Below are positions 42,901 through 50,751 of a DNA stretch of 64,000 nucleotides, piece after piece. The notes under the pieces were generated by a model that searched no databases, had not been told where the DNA came from, and saw nothing but the letters and a program-made list of their open reading frames with translations. Location of the stretch: the IMG/VR virus record IMGVR_UViG_3300026334_000001, positions 1 to 64,000 of that record; one strand, 5' to 3'. Made by a program: the position numbers and the translations under genes. The first letter of the stretch is position 1; each line of letters starts with the position of its first letter. This DNA comes from a virus.

Positions 42901-44760
42901 AAAGGAGGTGAATTTGTATGGAATATTTCTAATGATCTAATAGATAGTATTGGAGAAAATGGATTTGGAGTTTTTAAACATATGAGTTCAGTATGGGAAC
43001 AATTAGAAGCTAATAAATCAGCACCTTCTATTGGTATGGTAGATCCTACAAACGGAGAAAAGTTAAAAAAGATTCCAGTTTATTATGCATATGATAATTA
43101 TAAAATAGATAAAAAAACAGGAGATAGAGTAATAGATAATAGTGCTCAATCTAAAGATCTTGGACGGGTTCTTTCATTAGTAGGTGCAATGGCTTATAAC
43201 CATAAACATATGGAAGAAATTGAAGGAACAGCTAGAATGTTAGAAAAAACATTAGCATTAGATACAACTATAGTAACTGATGGTAATGGTAATCCTATAG
43301 TTAATACTCTTACAGGTAAAGTACAAACTGCTATTGGAAGTGCAACTAATTTAGAATCATTACAAGATTTCATGAACTATTATTTATATGGAATCAAAAT
43401 GAAGACTAAAGATTATGCTTTTAACTTCTTTGGTCATCAATTAAGTATGTTAAAATCTTTTAATATGCTAAGTAATATGTATACAACCAAATCAATAGCA
43501 ATGAATCCTATTTCTATCATATCAAATGCTGTGGGAGGTAATTTGAATGCTAGAATAATGGGAGCTAGATCTAAATTCTATTCAAATACACAGTATACTA
43601 ATGCTATGTATAATTTAATAGCTAGAAGAGATAGTAAATCAATGGCTTTAATGGGATATTTTGATTTAGCTCACGGTCAAGATATATATAAGAAAGCAAT
43701 CTCTTTATCAGTTAGTGCTTTAACTAAGAATCTAACTTATGATAAGTTATTTATAGGTCAGTTAGCCCCAGAAGCTAATATTAGAAATTCAGTTTTACTT
43801 GGTATGTTACAAGCACATACATTAGAGAATGGTAAGATTGTTAAAATAACAGATGAAAAAAAAGGGGCAACTTCCCTCTTAGATCATATAGAGATAAAAG
43901 ATGGAAATCTAGATTTTAAAGGAATTTCTGACCAAGAATTAACCAAATTTAGAAACAGGGCACTTAACGTAGGAGATGACTTACTAGGTAATAATACTAG
44001 AGATGATATTAGAGCAGTACACTTATCTATGATGGGTAGAGCTTTGATGACTTTCAGAAATTGGATTCCTAGAATGCTAGATGAGAGATATGGAGAATTA
44101 AGATATAATCAAAATCTAGAAGAGTATGAATTAGGTAGATATAGATCTTTCTGGAATCAAGTAGTTAATAAACAAATTCATAAATTAGCATTTGATATGA
44201 TTAAAGGATTTGGAGTATTTGGTTATGCTGGAAAGTTTGGTAATGTAACTGTAGAACATGCAAAAAGATTATATGAAGAAGCAATAGCTAAAGAACCTGG
44301 ATTAGCAGATAGAATGACAGAAGATCAATATGTACAATTACATCTTGAAAATTTAAGAGCTAATATGATGGAAATATATCTTGTAGCTGGAATGGTTTCT
44401 CTTTTAGCAGCTGCTAAACCAGACGATGATGATAAAGATAATCAAAGTTCTCTTAATAAATATTTAGTTAAACAGTTGGATAGAAATCAATCAGAATTAT
44501 TGTTCTTTTATAATCCTCAAGAATTTAATAGAATATTAAAATCACCAATACCGATAACTAATCTATTAAGAGATTACATTGGATTAACCAAAGCTATAGC
44601 ATTTGAAACTGCTGAAGGAGTTACTGGAAAAGAAGATATAACAAAGAAGAATGAAATACCAAAGTATGCAATGAGAGTATTACCTGTTTTAAATGGGTTT
44701 GAATCAATACTATCATATATAAATGAAGATTATGATAAGACTGATCCAAGATCAAAATAA
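39952..44760 (+). CDS. Large polyvalent virion protein (degenerate zincin plus PD-(D/E)XK nuclease domain)
   Basis: LPEETAHF...REEAIGK; GTRGH...AGTMDLLAISPEGVVDIYDFK...QLGRY; FRNWIPR...EYELGRY C-terminal block. Confidence 0.75.
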   Translation: MWNMNCILTAHPTYKALVEAGYSKDLINRAWYLINTKSFNDWYGEGNKHQDDNSPIITKDLKVINETGQAVSLDDIVGYGFVTDVKDIKQKLKYPNSPFRSDEREKYRLFKQEDYKQALAVAAKINTTWDNVKANVERAVGEKGDQRNYFRVVLYDNFNKDEAFQQREDVKEVTKQWDKQLDDKMKSYLNKLGISYEGVKAIYDKATGEEIPAIAVADMVNKVVKVVEGKAGIDTLPEETAHFFVKMIEGSPLYNSMYNEITNFDVYKEVVNDYSELYKGNDKQLREEAIGKMISQQIVNQFEDAKKDRADRWWNRVWKLIKEKVLGIDSKQLQDDITNLAPFSDAAKQILEEQKVDRRETNPSFLEEKSEQEYYQLDKQDKIVKAITDTQIALDSSTDKYFYMENGNRVEVSKRVSDRVKEANIKRGFGKFSEAQKEKFTKYAIAGTRGHADLANIIDRITAEKNGQLIPSKTNLSGENVYNILENWMKDFISKFPAGTKFLSEQSILDKAASEAGTMDLLAISPEGVVDIYDFKFINFENKTEIPWNKEEDYNIQLGRYKQILKERYGVKEFGKLRILPVAATYSEQHVLKSIEVNKQIVPLEGKKAYLNPLPMFDEMTGNEDKDRLLQVALKDRERLLGMHPKTAEETEYKQDKLKRINKAIKEIQLTGNIKEFINNALYTLNKVRDTGFEKLDGKQFHAFQDELTFYSNYLIDSIGDEMDKLDKDTKDAISKVVSNSQLMLKHATKEVSNRLKGYFGDDIETPQKESGLWTRMFRTLSQQNHPKIAAFYKLVQKSIEKTRKAHDELNDNIRKTVDALKEFQKGKGITGTDVFNYMLTKNNKGGWDMISKFNPESYKTLNSYREKGGEDALSWIKKNMTFNQTAYNETLNEKKRIWKDMYKFDDDAVGKFNERVKQFENKYGNNDKGLINNKDNKFLSFKDDHLSKEYKNIYATGNEALKNFYELFHKTSSDFQDYTGLTKGGEFVWNISNDLIDSIGENGFGVFKHMSSVWEQLEANKSAPSIGMVDPTNGEKLKKIPVYYAYDNYKIDKKTGDRVIDNSAQSKDLGRVLSLVGAMAYNHKHMEEIEGTARMLEKTLALDTTIVTDGNGNPIVNTLTGKVQTAIGSATNLESLQDFMNYYLYGIKMKTKDYAFNFFGHQLSMLKSFNMLSNMYTTKSIAMNPISIISNAVGGNLNARIMGARSKFYSNTQYTNAMYNLIARRDSKSMALMGYFDLAHGQDIYKKAISLSVSALTKNLTYDKLFIGQLAPEANIRNSVLLGMLQAHTLENGKIVKITDEKKGATSLLDHIEIKDGNLDFKGISDQELTKFRNRALNVGDDLLGNNTRDDIRAVHLSMMGRALMTFRNWIPRMLDERYGELRYNQNLEEYELGRYRSFWNQVVNKQIHKLAFDMIKGFGVFGYAGKFGNVTVEHAKRLYEEAIAKEPGLADRMTEDQYVQLHLENLRANMMEIYLVAGMVSLLAAAKPDDDDKDNQSSLNKYLVKQLDRNQSELLFFYNPQEFNRILKSPIPITNLLRDYIGLTKAIAFETAEGVTGKEDITKKNEIPKYAMRVLPVLNGFESILSYINEDYDKTDPRSK

Positions 44761-44766
44761 AAGAAA

Positions 44767-44793
44767 AAACCCTAACTTAATAAGTTAGGGTTT
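44767..44793. terminator. Bidirectional intrinsic terminator between the converging modules
   Basis: AAACCCTAACTTA-A-TAAGTTAGGGTTT inverted repeat flanked by A and T tracts. Confidence 0.85.
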
Positions 44794-44801
44794 AATTTTA
44801 A

Positions 44802-45101
44802 TTATACAGTTGGATATGTTTTTTCTTCTTCTGCTAATTTACTATTAGCTAAAGCTAAATGAGCTTTAAGATTAGCAACTTCTCTTATTTTATTTCTATA
44901 AGCATCATTAAAATTCTTTAAATCTTGTTCTATTTCTTTTATACGCTCAAAATCTCTAACTTCTACATCTACATCCACTATGGTTCCAGTTCTAAAATCT
45001 AATCCTTTTTCTTTAATAGCTTTTTGTAAGTCAAGAATGATATCTAAATTATCAGCAGTATCTTCAACTACCATCTCTAATATAACATGTACTCTTTTCA
45101 T
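44802..45101 (-). CDS. Hypothetical protein
   Basis: 99-aa ORF with a coiled-coil C-terminus. Confidence 0.65.
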   Translation of the reverse strand: MKRVHVILEMVVEDTADNLDIILDLQKAIKEKGLDFRTGTIVDVDVEVRDFERIKEIEQDLKNFNDAYRNKIREVANLKAHLALANSKLAEEEKTYPTV

Positions 45102-45115
45102 AATTTATTTTTAAT

Positions 45116-45631
45116 TTATTTTTTAATTGATTTTGTAACTGGTTTACTATTACTAGAAGTAACAGTTTTATCTATATCTCCATCACTACCTTTATTAGCT
45201 TCTGCTGTACGTGCTATTATACCAGGAGATACAGTACAATCTTTAGGTGTATATGGTGCTACTCTAGTTGCTTTTTCTTTAGCATTAGCTTCTAGAAGAT
45301 CTCTATAAAGATGATTGATATTCTTTAAAGAATTCTTAACTAATTGTAGTTCTTTTTCTGAATCTATTAATGATGTATTTAGTTCTCTATTACTAGTATC
45401 TAAATTAAGATACTTTTTTTCAGCTTCTATTCTTAAGTTATTTGCTCTTTCTAAAGCTCTGCCTTGTTCATCATACATTTTATAAAGACTAGCATATGTG
45501 TCTTCTTTTGATAATATCACATCTCTATACTCAGCTATTTTTCTATTAGTTCTTCTTAAAGAAGACATTAATGTTATAGTCATCACTAAGAAAACTCCAC
45601 TAAGAATCATAAATAATAATTGTTGTGTCAT
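45116..45631 (-). CDS. Membrane-anchored coiled-coil protein
   Basis: N-terminal TM followed by heptad-rich sequence. Confidence 0.65.
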   Translation of the reverse strand: MTQQLLFMILSGVFLVMTITLMSSLRRTNRKIAEYRDVILSKEDTYASLYKMYDEQGRALERANNLRIEAEKKYLNLDTSNRELNTSLIDSEKELQLVKNSLKNINHLYRDLLEANAKEKATRVAPYTPKDCTVSPGIIARTAEANKGSDGDIDKTVTSSNSKPVTKSIKK

Positions 45632-45658
45632 TGTTATCTGTTTTTAAATTGTTTAAGT

Positions 45659-46222
45659 TTACTTCTCAAGTTCTTTTCTTTCAGAGATTAAATCTCTATT
45701 ATTTGCTGATTCCTCATTGAAACCTTTTTCTACTGGGAATCTAATGTAAAGTTTATCAACTACATTTTGCATAGCTTGTTCTAAATCAACTCTTAGATAA
45801 TGAGCAACATGACCTACTGAATTAAGATACATTATTAAAGCTTCTTGCTTATCTCTTTCTAATATTACTTTTCCATAAGCAAATTGTTTCTTAACAAGAT
45901 CTGCATAACGACATGCATTTTTACCAACAACTATAACTGCATTACCAATAGTAGCTCTTTGTGGTTTAGGAAATTCATAATCATCTAAATCCATACCAAT
46001 ATTAGTAGCTTCATTAGCCGCATACCATAAACCATCAGCTAGTTCTTCACCAATATTAGGTTTATCAATATTTTCAACTGCATCTACTAATTCTTCCCAT
46101 TCTGTTACCATACCCAATGCCATATGCAAACTATTAGCTAATTCTGCATCTAAACATGGAAATTTTTCTTCTAATTTTGGATTAGTTCGTTTTACTTCCT
46201 GTTGGAAGACATTTAATTTCAT
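45659..46222 (-). CDS. MazG-like all-alpha NTP pyrophosphohydrolase (tandem domain)
   Basis: HMALGMVTEWEEL...EELADGLWY, then a second degenerate repeat ending NVVDKLYIRFP. Confidence 0.8.
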   Translation of the reverse strand: MKLNVFQQEVKRTNPKLEEKFPCLDAELANSLHMALGMVTEWEELVDAVENIDKPNIGEELADGLWYAANEATNIGMDLDDYEFPKPQRATIGNAVIVVGKNACRYADLVKKQFAYGKVILERDKQEALIMYLNSVGHVAHYLRVDLEQAMQNVVDKLYIRFPVEKGFNEESANNRDLISERKELEK

Positions 46223-46429
46223 ACAATACCGTTAAAGATTTTAATTAATTGATTCTTCCATTTTGTTATCTTCTTTATTTTGCCTTTTTATAACGTAATA
46301 GACTTGTTAATAATGAGTATAAATATACTCTTTTTTCTTGAATGTATATCAAGATAAGTGAAATTAATAGATATTTCATAATTGATTCTATAAAGAGCGT
46401 GATAAATCAATAATATCTATTACTGAATG

Positions 46430-46540
46430 CTATATATCTAACACCAATAACACCAAGATTCCTAATATAACTCCTACTAGGAATCCCATAAATACAACAC
46501 CTAAAATTTCTTTTAGATCTTTTTTCTTCCATTCATTCAT
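46430..46540 (-). CDS. Small single-TM protein (36 aa), not in the ORF track
   Basis: MNEWKKKDLKEILGVVFMGFLVGVILGILVLLVLDI*, with an A/T-rich initiation region. Confidence 0.5.
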   Translation of the reverse strand: MNEWKKKDLKEILGVVFMGFLVGVILGILVLLVLDI

Positions 46541-46580
46541 AAATAGTTGATTTTAATTAAGTTACGAAATTTTAATCATT

Positions 46581-46613
46581 AAAAAACTCACTAAGTTTTA
46601 ATTTAGTGAGTTT
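46581..46613 (-). terminator. Intrinsic terminator
   Basis: Minus strand AAACTCACTAAAT-TAAA-ACTTAGTGAGTTTTTT. Confidence 0.75.
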
Positions 46614-46659
46614 GGCACAAACAAAAGCAGTTAACCCAAATTTGTCAATGAAAGAAGGT
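46581..46659 (-). ncRNA. Putative ~78-nt small RNA (sRNA-A)
   Basis: Perfect -7 element TATCTTTG (46664-46671) followed by an ORF-less stretch and a terminator; the -33 element is weak. Confidence 0.5.
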
Positions 46660-46768
46660 ATTACAAAGATACCAAAATCCACCAATTCTCCTATAAGGAT
46701 TGCATTATTTATTTGCTAGTTTAAAAATCCAAATATATTTCGTATATTTCTATCTAAATCTTAAAACT

Positions 46769-46999
46769 ATGTGTAACTGTTGTAATACTAGAGTCAGCAA
46801 GATTGATTGTTGCTCTCTAATAGCTGATACTACATTAGCTGTTTTAAAAGTATCATCTAATGATGCTTTTTTTACACCTCAATTTTCTACTCCTGTTCTT
46901 TTTAGTACTCCTTCTATACCAGTAGTTAATTGTTGCTGTACTCCTAGACATCATAATAGACATTCTTCTTTTCTTGAAGCTAAATTTAAACGATGGTAA
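46769..46999 (+). CDS. Cys/His-rich small protein (76 aa), counter-oriented
   Basis: MCNCC...DCC...NCCC...HH.RH; upstream TTTG-N18-TATATTTC (46712-46741) and A-rich initiation region CTTAAAACT-ATG. Confidence 0.5.
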   Translation: MCNCCNTRVSKIDCCSLIADTTLAVLKVSSNDAFFTPQFSTPVLFSTPSIPVVNCCCTPRHHNRHSSFLEAKFKRW

Positions 47000-47017
47000 C
47001 TAGTAGCCAAGCGATTA

Positions 47018-47266
47018 TTAAATCGTTTGGCTATTTATTTTTGTATTAGCTTCATATTCTGAACCGAAATTACCTAAGAATTTAGTAACACCTTTTACCT
47101 TTTTAAACGCTAACCATCTATTACCTTTGATAGGAATTATAAATTTAGATCTAGGTAATTTAACCTCAATTTCTGATACATTTTCTACAGTATCTTTAAT
47201 TGCTTCCTCTAATTCTTTAATATATTCACTTCTCTTTTTCAGTCCAAATGCTTTACCTCTATTCAT
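47018..47266 (-). CDS. Small basic protein with AP2-like DNA-binding C-terminus
   Basis: RWLAFKKVKGVTKFLGNFGSEYEA resembles the AP2 W.A.......LG.F....EA pattern. Confidence 0.5.
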   Translation of the reverse strand: MNRGKAFGLKKRSEYIKELEEAIKDTVENVSEIEVKLPRSKFIIPIKGNRWLAFKKVKGVTKFLGNFGSEYEANTKINSQTI

Positions 47267-47306
47267 AACATTAATATCTTAGTTTAGATTAAATACAATT
47301 ATATTG

Positions 47307-47495
47307 TACCACCCCTAACTCCTGCATCTAGAGTGTCCGCCTACGGATTATATGCCAAAATTGATGCAAAACATTTGTTCCATTGCTAGAAAATATCGAT
47401 TCTAATGAACTTTTAAAGGTGAAACATATCTTCTGATGGAACGATTTACATGATCCAACCATGCTATTTCAAAAGGAGTTTGGAGGGCTTTGGGT
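47307..47495 (-). ncRNA. Putative multi-branched structured RNA domain (~190 nt)
   Basis: Several compatible stems seen directly, GC-richer than flanks, no convincing ORF. Confidence 0.45.
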
Positions 47496-47636
47496 AAAAG
47501 AAAACCCCCTGCAATTTTGGCGAAGCAGGAGGTCAATAACGTAGCACACGTTGTATTTCTAATATAAAATCTTCTTGGTAAATACTTTACCGTATGCTAC
47601 TAATAACCAACTGTCGCCAAACAGCCATATGTCATT
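47496..47636 (-). ncRNA. Putative ~140-nt structured small RNA or attenuator leader (sRNA-B)
   Basis: Promoter upstream, 10-bp stem GTAGCATACG/CGTGTGCTAC, terminal hairpin ACCTCCTGC/GCAGGGGGT plus U-tract. Confidence 0.55.
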
Positions 47637-47641
47637 AGATG

Positions 47642-47672
47642 TAAAGATACGAAAATATTTCATATTACCAAA
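47642..47672 (-). promoter_or_regulatory. Bacteroidota-type promoter (TTTG-N19-TATCTTTA)
   Basis: Consensus match with canonical spacing at the end of the ung gene. Confidence 0.65.
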
Positions 47673-48357
47673 CTATTTTTTCTTTTTCCATATTCTCTAA
47701 CCAGAGATTTGTGTTAATGAAGCAATCATTAGATCTCCATTTACGTTTCTCATAGCTACTAGCCGCTGGATGTTCACATTCAATAATATAATTCCCTTGA
47801 TTTATATACTTTTTATATTCCTTCGCATCATTACCCCATAATAAAAAAGCAACTTTTCCTCTTGATGGAAATTTTTTGATTACCTCTATAGTAAACTCCT
47901 CCCAACCTTTACCTTCATGTGATTTAGGCTTACTTTTCTCAACTGTTAAAATTGTATTAAGTAAAAGAACTCCTTGTTTAGCTAAATATTCTAAACAAGG
48001 ATTCCTATCTAAATACATACCAAATCCTATCTGATCTTCCATTGCATCATATATTTTATTAATTGATGGATTTAGCACAGGAAATTCTAAACTCTCTTTC
48101 ATTGAGAAGGCTAATCCATCTGCACTTCCATTATGATATGGATCTTGACCTAAGATAACAACCTTAACTTCATTAAATGGGGTTAATTTGAATGCTTTAA
48201 ACATATCTTCTCTTGCAGGAAATACATTTACTTCTTCTCTTCTTCTAGCTAAGAATTTACCAAGCTTAATCATGTAATCTTTCTCAAATTCCTCTGATAA
48301 TTGATTATACCATGATTCACCCATTAATTCTATACGTTTTGTTCTCGCATCTGACAT
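47665..48357 (-). CDS. ung: Uracil-DNA glycosylase (family 1)
   Basis: VKVVILGQDPYH, ADGLAFS, QGVLLLN, FLLWG and HPAA motifs. Confidence 0.95.
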   Translation of the reverse strand: MSDARTKRIELMGESWYNQLSEEFEKDYMIKLGKFLARRREEVNVFPAREDMFKAFKLTPFNEVKVVILGQDPYHNGSADGLAFSMKESLEFPVLNPSINKIYDAMEDQIGFGMYLDRNPCLEYLAKQGVLLLNTILTVEKSKPKSHEGKGWEEFTIEVIKKFPSRGKVAFLLWGNDAKEYKKYINQGNYIIECEHPAASSYEKRKWRSNDCFINTNLWLENMEKEKIVW

Positions 48358-48950
48358 ACACCTATTTTTACAAGAAATGGATAAATTTTAGCTATTAAAT
48401 CTTCTTCTGTACCATCATTAACTACTTCATAATCCCATTCCTTATAGGAAGATAAGCCTGTTTCTGATGCATGATTTTTCTGATCACCAAATATTGTAAT
48501 CTCTTGATGTTCAGGTCTAGTTATCTTAATTAGATATCCTCCAGCCATCTTTACAAATCCAGCTTCATTTTCAAATCTAGTATCAGTAATGATCCAATTT
48601 CTATGAGATTGATATTTACCTAATAAAGCATAACACCAAACATTCTCATTGATGTTTCTACCTACTTCAGTTCCCATCTTTTGCATAAACTCTCTAATTG
48701 TCATATTCAAATTAGGAATCATTGCATTATAATACTCTCTATCATAGAAATGCTCTATTGGAAGACCAGTTATAATACTACATACATGCTTGAGAGGATC
48801 GGCAAATTTCTTTACCTGAAATGCTACAAAAGATTTAATACCTATCTTATTCTTAGTAGATATAATATTATCTTTCTTTTGTAAATCTATAATTATATTA
48901 GCTAAAGTGTCCTTGCCACTTCCTGCTACCCCTGAAATCGCTAGTATCAT
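48330..48950 (-). CDS. Deoxynucleoside monophosphate kinase
   Basis: ISGVAGSGKDT, FADPLK, REFMQKMGTE, ITDTRFENE and HASETGL motifs. Confidence 0.9.
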   Translation of the reverse strand: MILAISGVAGSGKDTLANIIIDLQKKDNIISTKNKIGIKSFVAFQVKKFADPLKHVCSIITGLPIEHFYDREYYNAMIPNLNMTIREFMQKMGTEVGRNINENVWCYALLGKYQSHRNWIITDTRFENEAGFVKMAGGYLIKITRPEHQEITIFGDQKNHASETGLSSYKEWDYEVVNDGTEEDLIAKIYPFLVKIGVCQMREQNV

Positions 48951-49103
48951 TTATAATTTATCAATTAATTTACCAATAATATTACTAACTCTATTACTCC
49001 AACCTAATACATCAAGAAGCATAGCTGGTACAACTGTAATACAAGCAAAACCTAAAAAGGTTATACTTATAAGTACTAATATGAAAATACCAACTCTTCT
49101 CAT
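48951..49103 (-). CDS. Small membrane protein (50 aa), not in the ORF track
   Basis: MRRVGIFILVLISITFLGFACITVVPAMLLDVLGW...; fills the gap exactly, with an ATGA overlap. Confidence 0.6.
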   Translation of the reverse strand: MRRVGIFILVLISITFLGFACITVVPAMLLDVLGWSNRVSNIIGKLIDKL

Positions 49104-49474
49104 GACTTAGATATTTTTAACCAATGTTCTAACTTCACATAGACTTTATCTTCTCCTACCGAATCCAAATACATTATCTGACCTTGCTTAAGAGCATTTA
49201 CAGCAAGTATCTTATAAGTATTGTATTTTGTTTCAAATTGTATTCCATCTACAACTCTAACAAGTACTAGGGGAATTGACCATGCATTTAATTTACGATA
49301 AACGTTATTTTCATCTTCTAATTTTTCATATACCAAGAAAGGAGCATTATTTCGCTCCTTCTCGTATACTTGACCTATCTTTCTAACTCTCTCATCTTGA
49401 AGATGTAAAGTAACCTTACCATTGATTATAACATACTTATTGCCATAATCATCTCTAAGGGTTTTGTTGATCAT
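49100..49474 (-). CDS. Hypothetical protein
   Basis: 124-aa ORF in the operon. Confidence 0.65.
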   Translation of the reverse strand: MINKTLRDDYGNKYVIINGKVTLHLQDERVRKIGQVYEKERNNAPFLVYEKLEDENNVYRKLNAWSIPLVLVRVVDGIQFETKYNTYKILAVNALKQGQIMYLDSVGEDKVYVKLEHWLKISKS

Positions 49475-49745
49475 CTTGTTTTGGTACTAATGATATAACT
49501 TGAACTTCTGTGACAGTAGGATCATTTATTGGAAATGATCTTATAATAATAGGAAAATTAACAGAATAATCTTCTAATCCAGCTTGTATTGTTTTAACAA
49601 CTATATGATCTGTATCTTCTATTGCTATTTTTTCTTTAATAGCCTCTTGAAAAGATTCTACTAAATTCTCTTTAACTTCTACAATAGCTTGCATATGACG
49701 TTCTATTGTAACTATTTCAGTATATTTAATTATAAAGTCTGCCAT
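49455..49745 (-). CDS. Hypothetical protein
   Basis: 96-aa ORF overlapping its neighbours. Confidence 0.6.
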   Translation of the reverse strand: MADFIIKYTEIVTIERHMQAIVEVKENLVESFQEAIKEKIAIEDTDHIVVKTIQAGLEDYSVNFPIIIRSFPINDPTVTEVQVISLVPKQDDQQNP

Positions 49746-50749
49746 TTTTCTAAATTTAAAACCATATTACCATATAAATGTTCTTCATAAGACATATTCC
49801 AAAGATTATTATCTATATGATATTGAATTCTATTTAATAGACTTACAATTTCATGATAACCTTCTTCTATAACCTTTTCTTCTATCTCCCAAACAACACA
49901 TTGATATAAACCAAATGTTTCTACAACTACATTTTTATAAATAAATTTGTATTGATAAGCATCTAGAATATCATTTTGTGATAAAAATTCTGAAACAGCT
50001 CTTTTATAGAATGCTAGTTGTCTATGATATCTCCAAAACTTAATAGTTTCTGGAAATAGATATGCTGATTTTGATGTAGTCTTAATATCAGTTATTGTAA
50101 TAGTCTTATCTTCTAAATCTATTTCAACATCATCAAATTTAGCTTTACATTTTAATCCCATCCATTCAAAGAATACTACTTGTTCTTTATAGTATAGTTT
50201 ATCAGAGAAATCATCTTTCCAGAATAATAGTTTATTAGCTGCATCATTAGCTTTAATAGAAGCAGTACATTTTTCTACTGTTTCTTTAACTGCTTTAGTT
50301 AAGAACTGCTTTCCACTATTAGCTATGTCTAAAGCTTCAATAACATAAGGAACTATCTTAGGACAAGCATTTTTCATAACTGCTTCATCTCCCCACTTAG
50401 CATTCCAACCTACAGTTCTACAAACTTGTAAAGTTAATAAATCTAAATCATAAGGCTCAGAAACTAAACCTTCTGTAATAGACTTAACTAGAATATCTGC
50501 AATTTGACCAAGTGTTTCTGCGGGTTTATCTATTTCTGCAACTATAAATGCATCTGGATTTTCTGCCCAAAGATGTATTGCTGAACCTTGTATTAATGAT
50601 CTATTTTCTTTTTCTTCTTTATTATCATTAAAGAACTCCAAAAATTTTAACGGGGAGCCACCCTGCAAAGAATTTATATGTGATAAACTAGAATTAGAAA
50701 CTACAATATCATCTGCTGTACCTACTTTATAATAATCTTGATCTTTCAT
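49730..50749 (-). CDS. PD-(D/E)XK exonuclease (RecE / ExoVIII-like)
   Basis: SNSSL, GSAIH, KCKAKFD...DIKTT and YHRQLAFY motifs. Confidence 0.85.
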   Translation of the reverse strand: MKDQDYYKVGTADDIVVSNSSLSHINSLQGGSPLKFLEFFNDNKEEKENRSLIQGSAIHLWAENPDAFIVAEIDKPAETLGQIADILVKSITEGLVSEPYDLDLLTLQVCRTVGWNAKWGDEAVMKNACPKIVPYVIEALDIANSGKQFLTKAVKETVEKCTASIKANDAANKLLFWKDDFSDKLYYKEQVVFFEWMGLKCKAKFDDVEIDLEDKTITITDIKTTSKSAYLFPETIKFWRYHRQLAFYKRAVSEFLSQNDILDAYQYKFIYKNVVVETFGLYQCVVWEIEEKVIEEGYHEIVSLLNRIQYHIDNNLWNMSYEEHLYGNMVLNLEKWQTL

Positions 50750-50751
50750 TA

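Noticed and set aside
46275-46379. 34-aa ORF MKYLLISLILIYIQEKR...
   Set aside because: Too short and AT-rich to support; no motif and no coupling to neighbouring genes.
46222-47665. tRNA genes or a CRISPR mini-array in the non-coding island
   Set aside because: No cloverleaf with a TTC T-loop, and no regularly spaced direct repeats.
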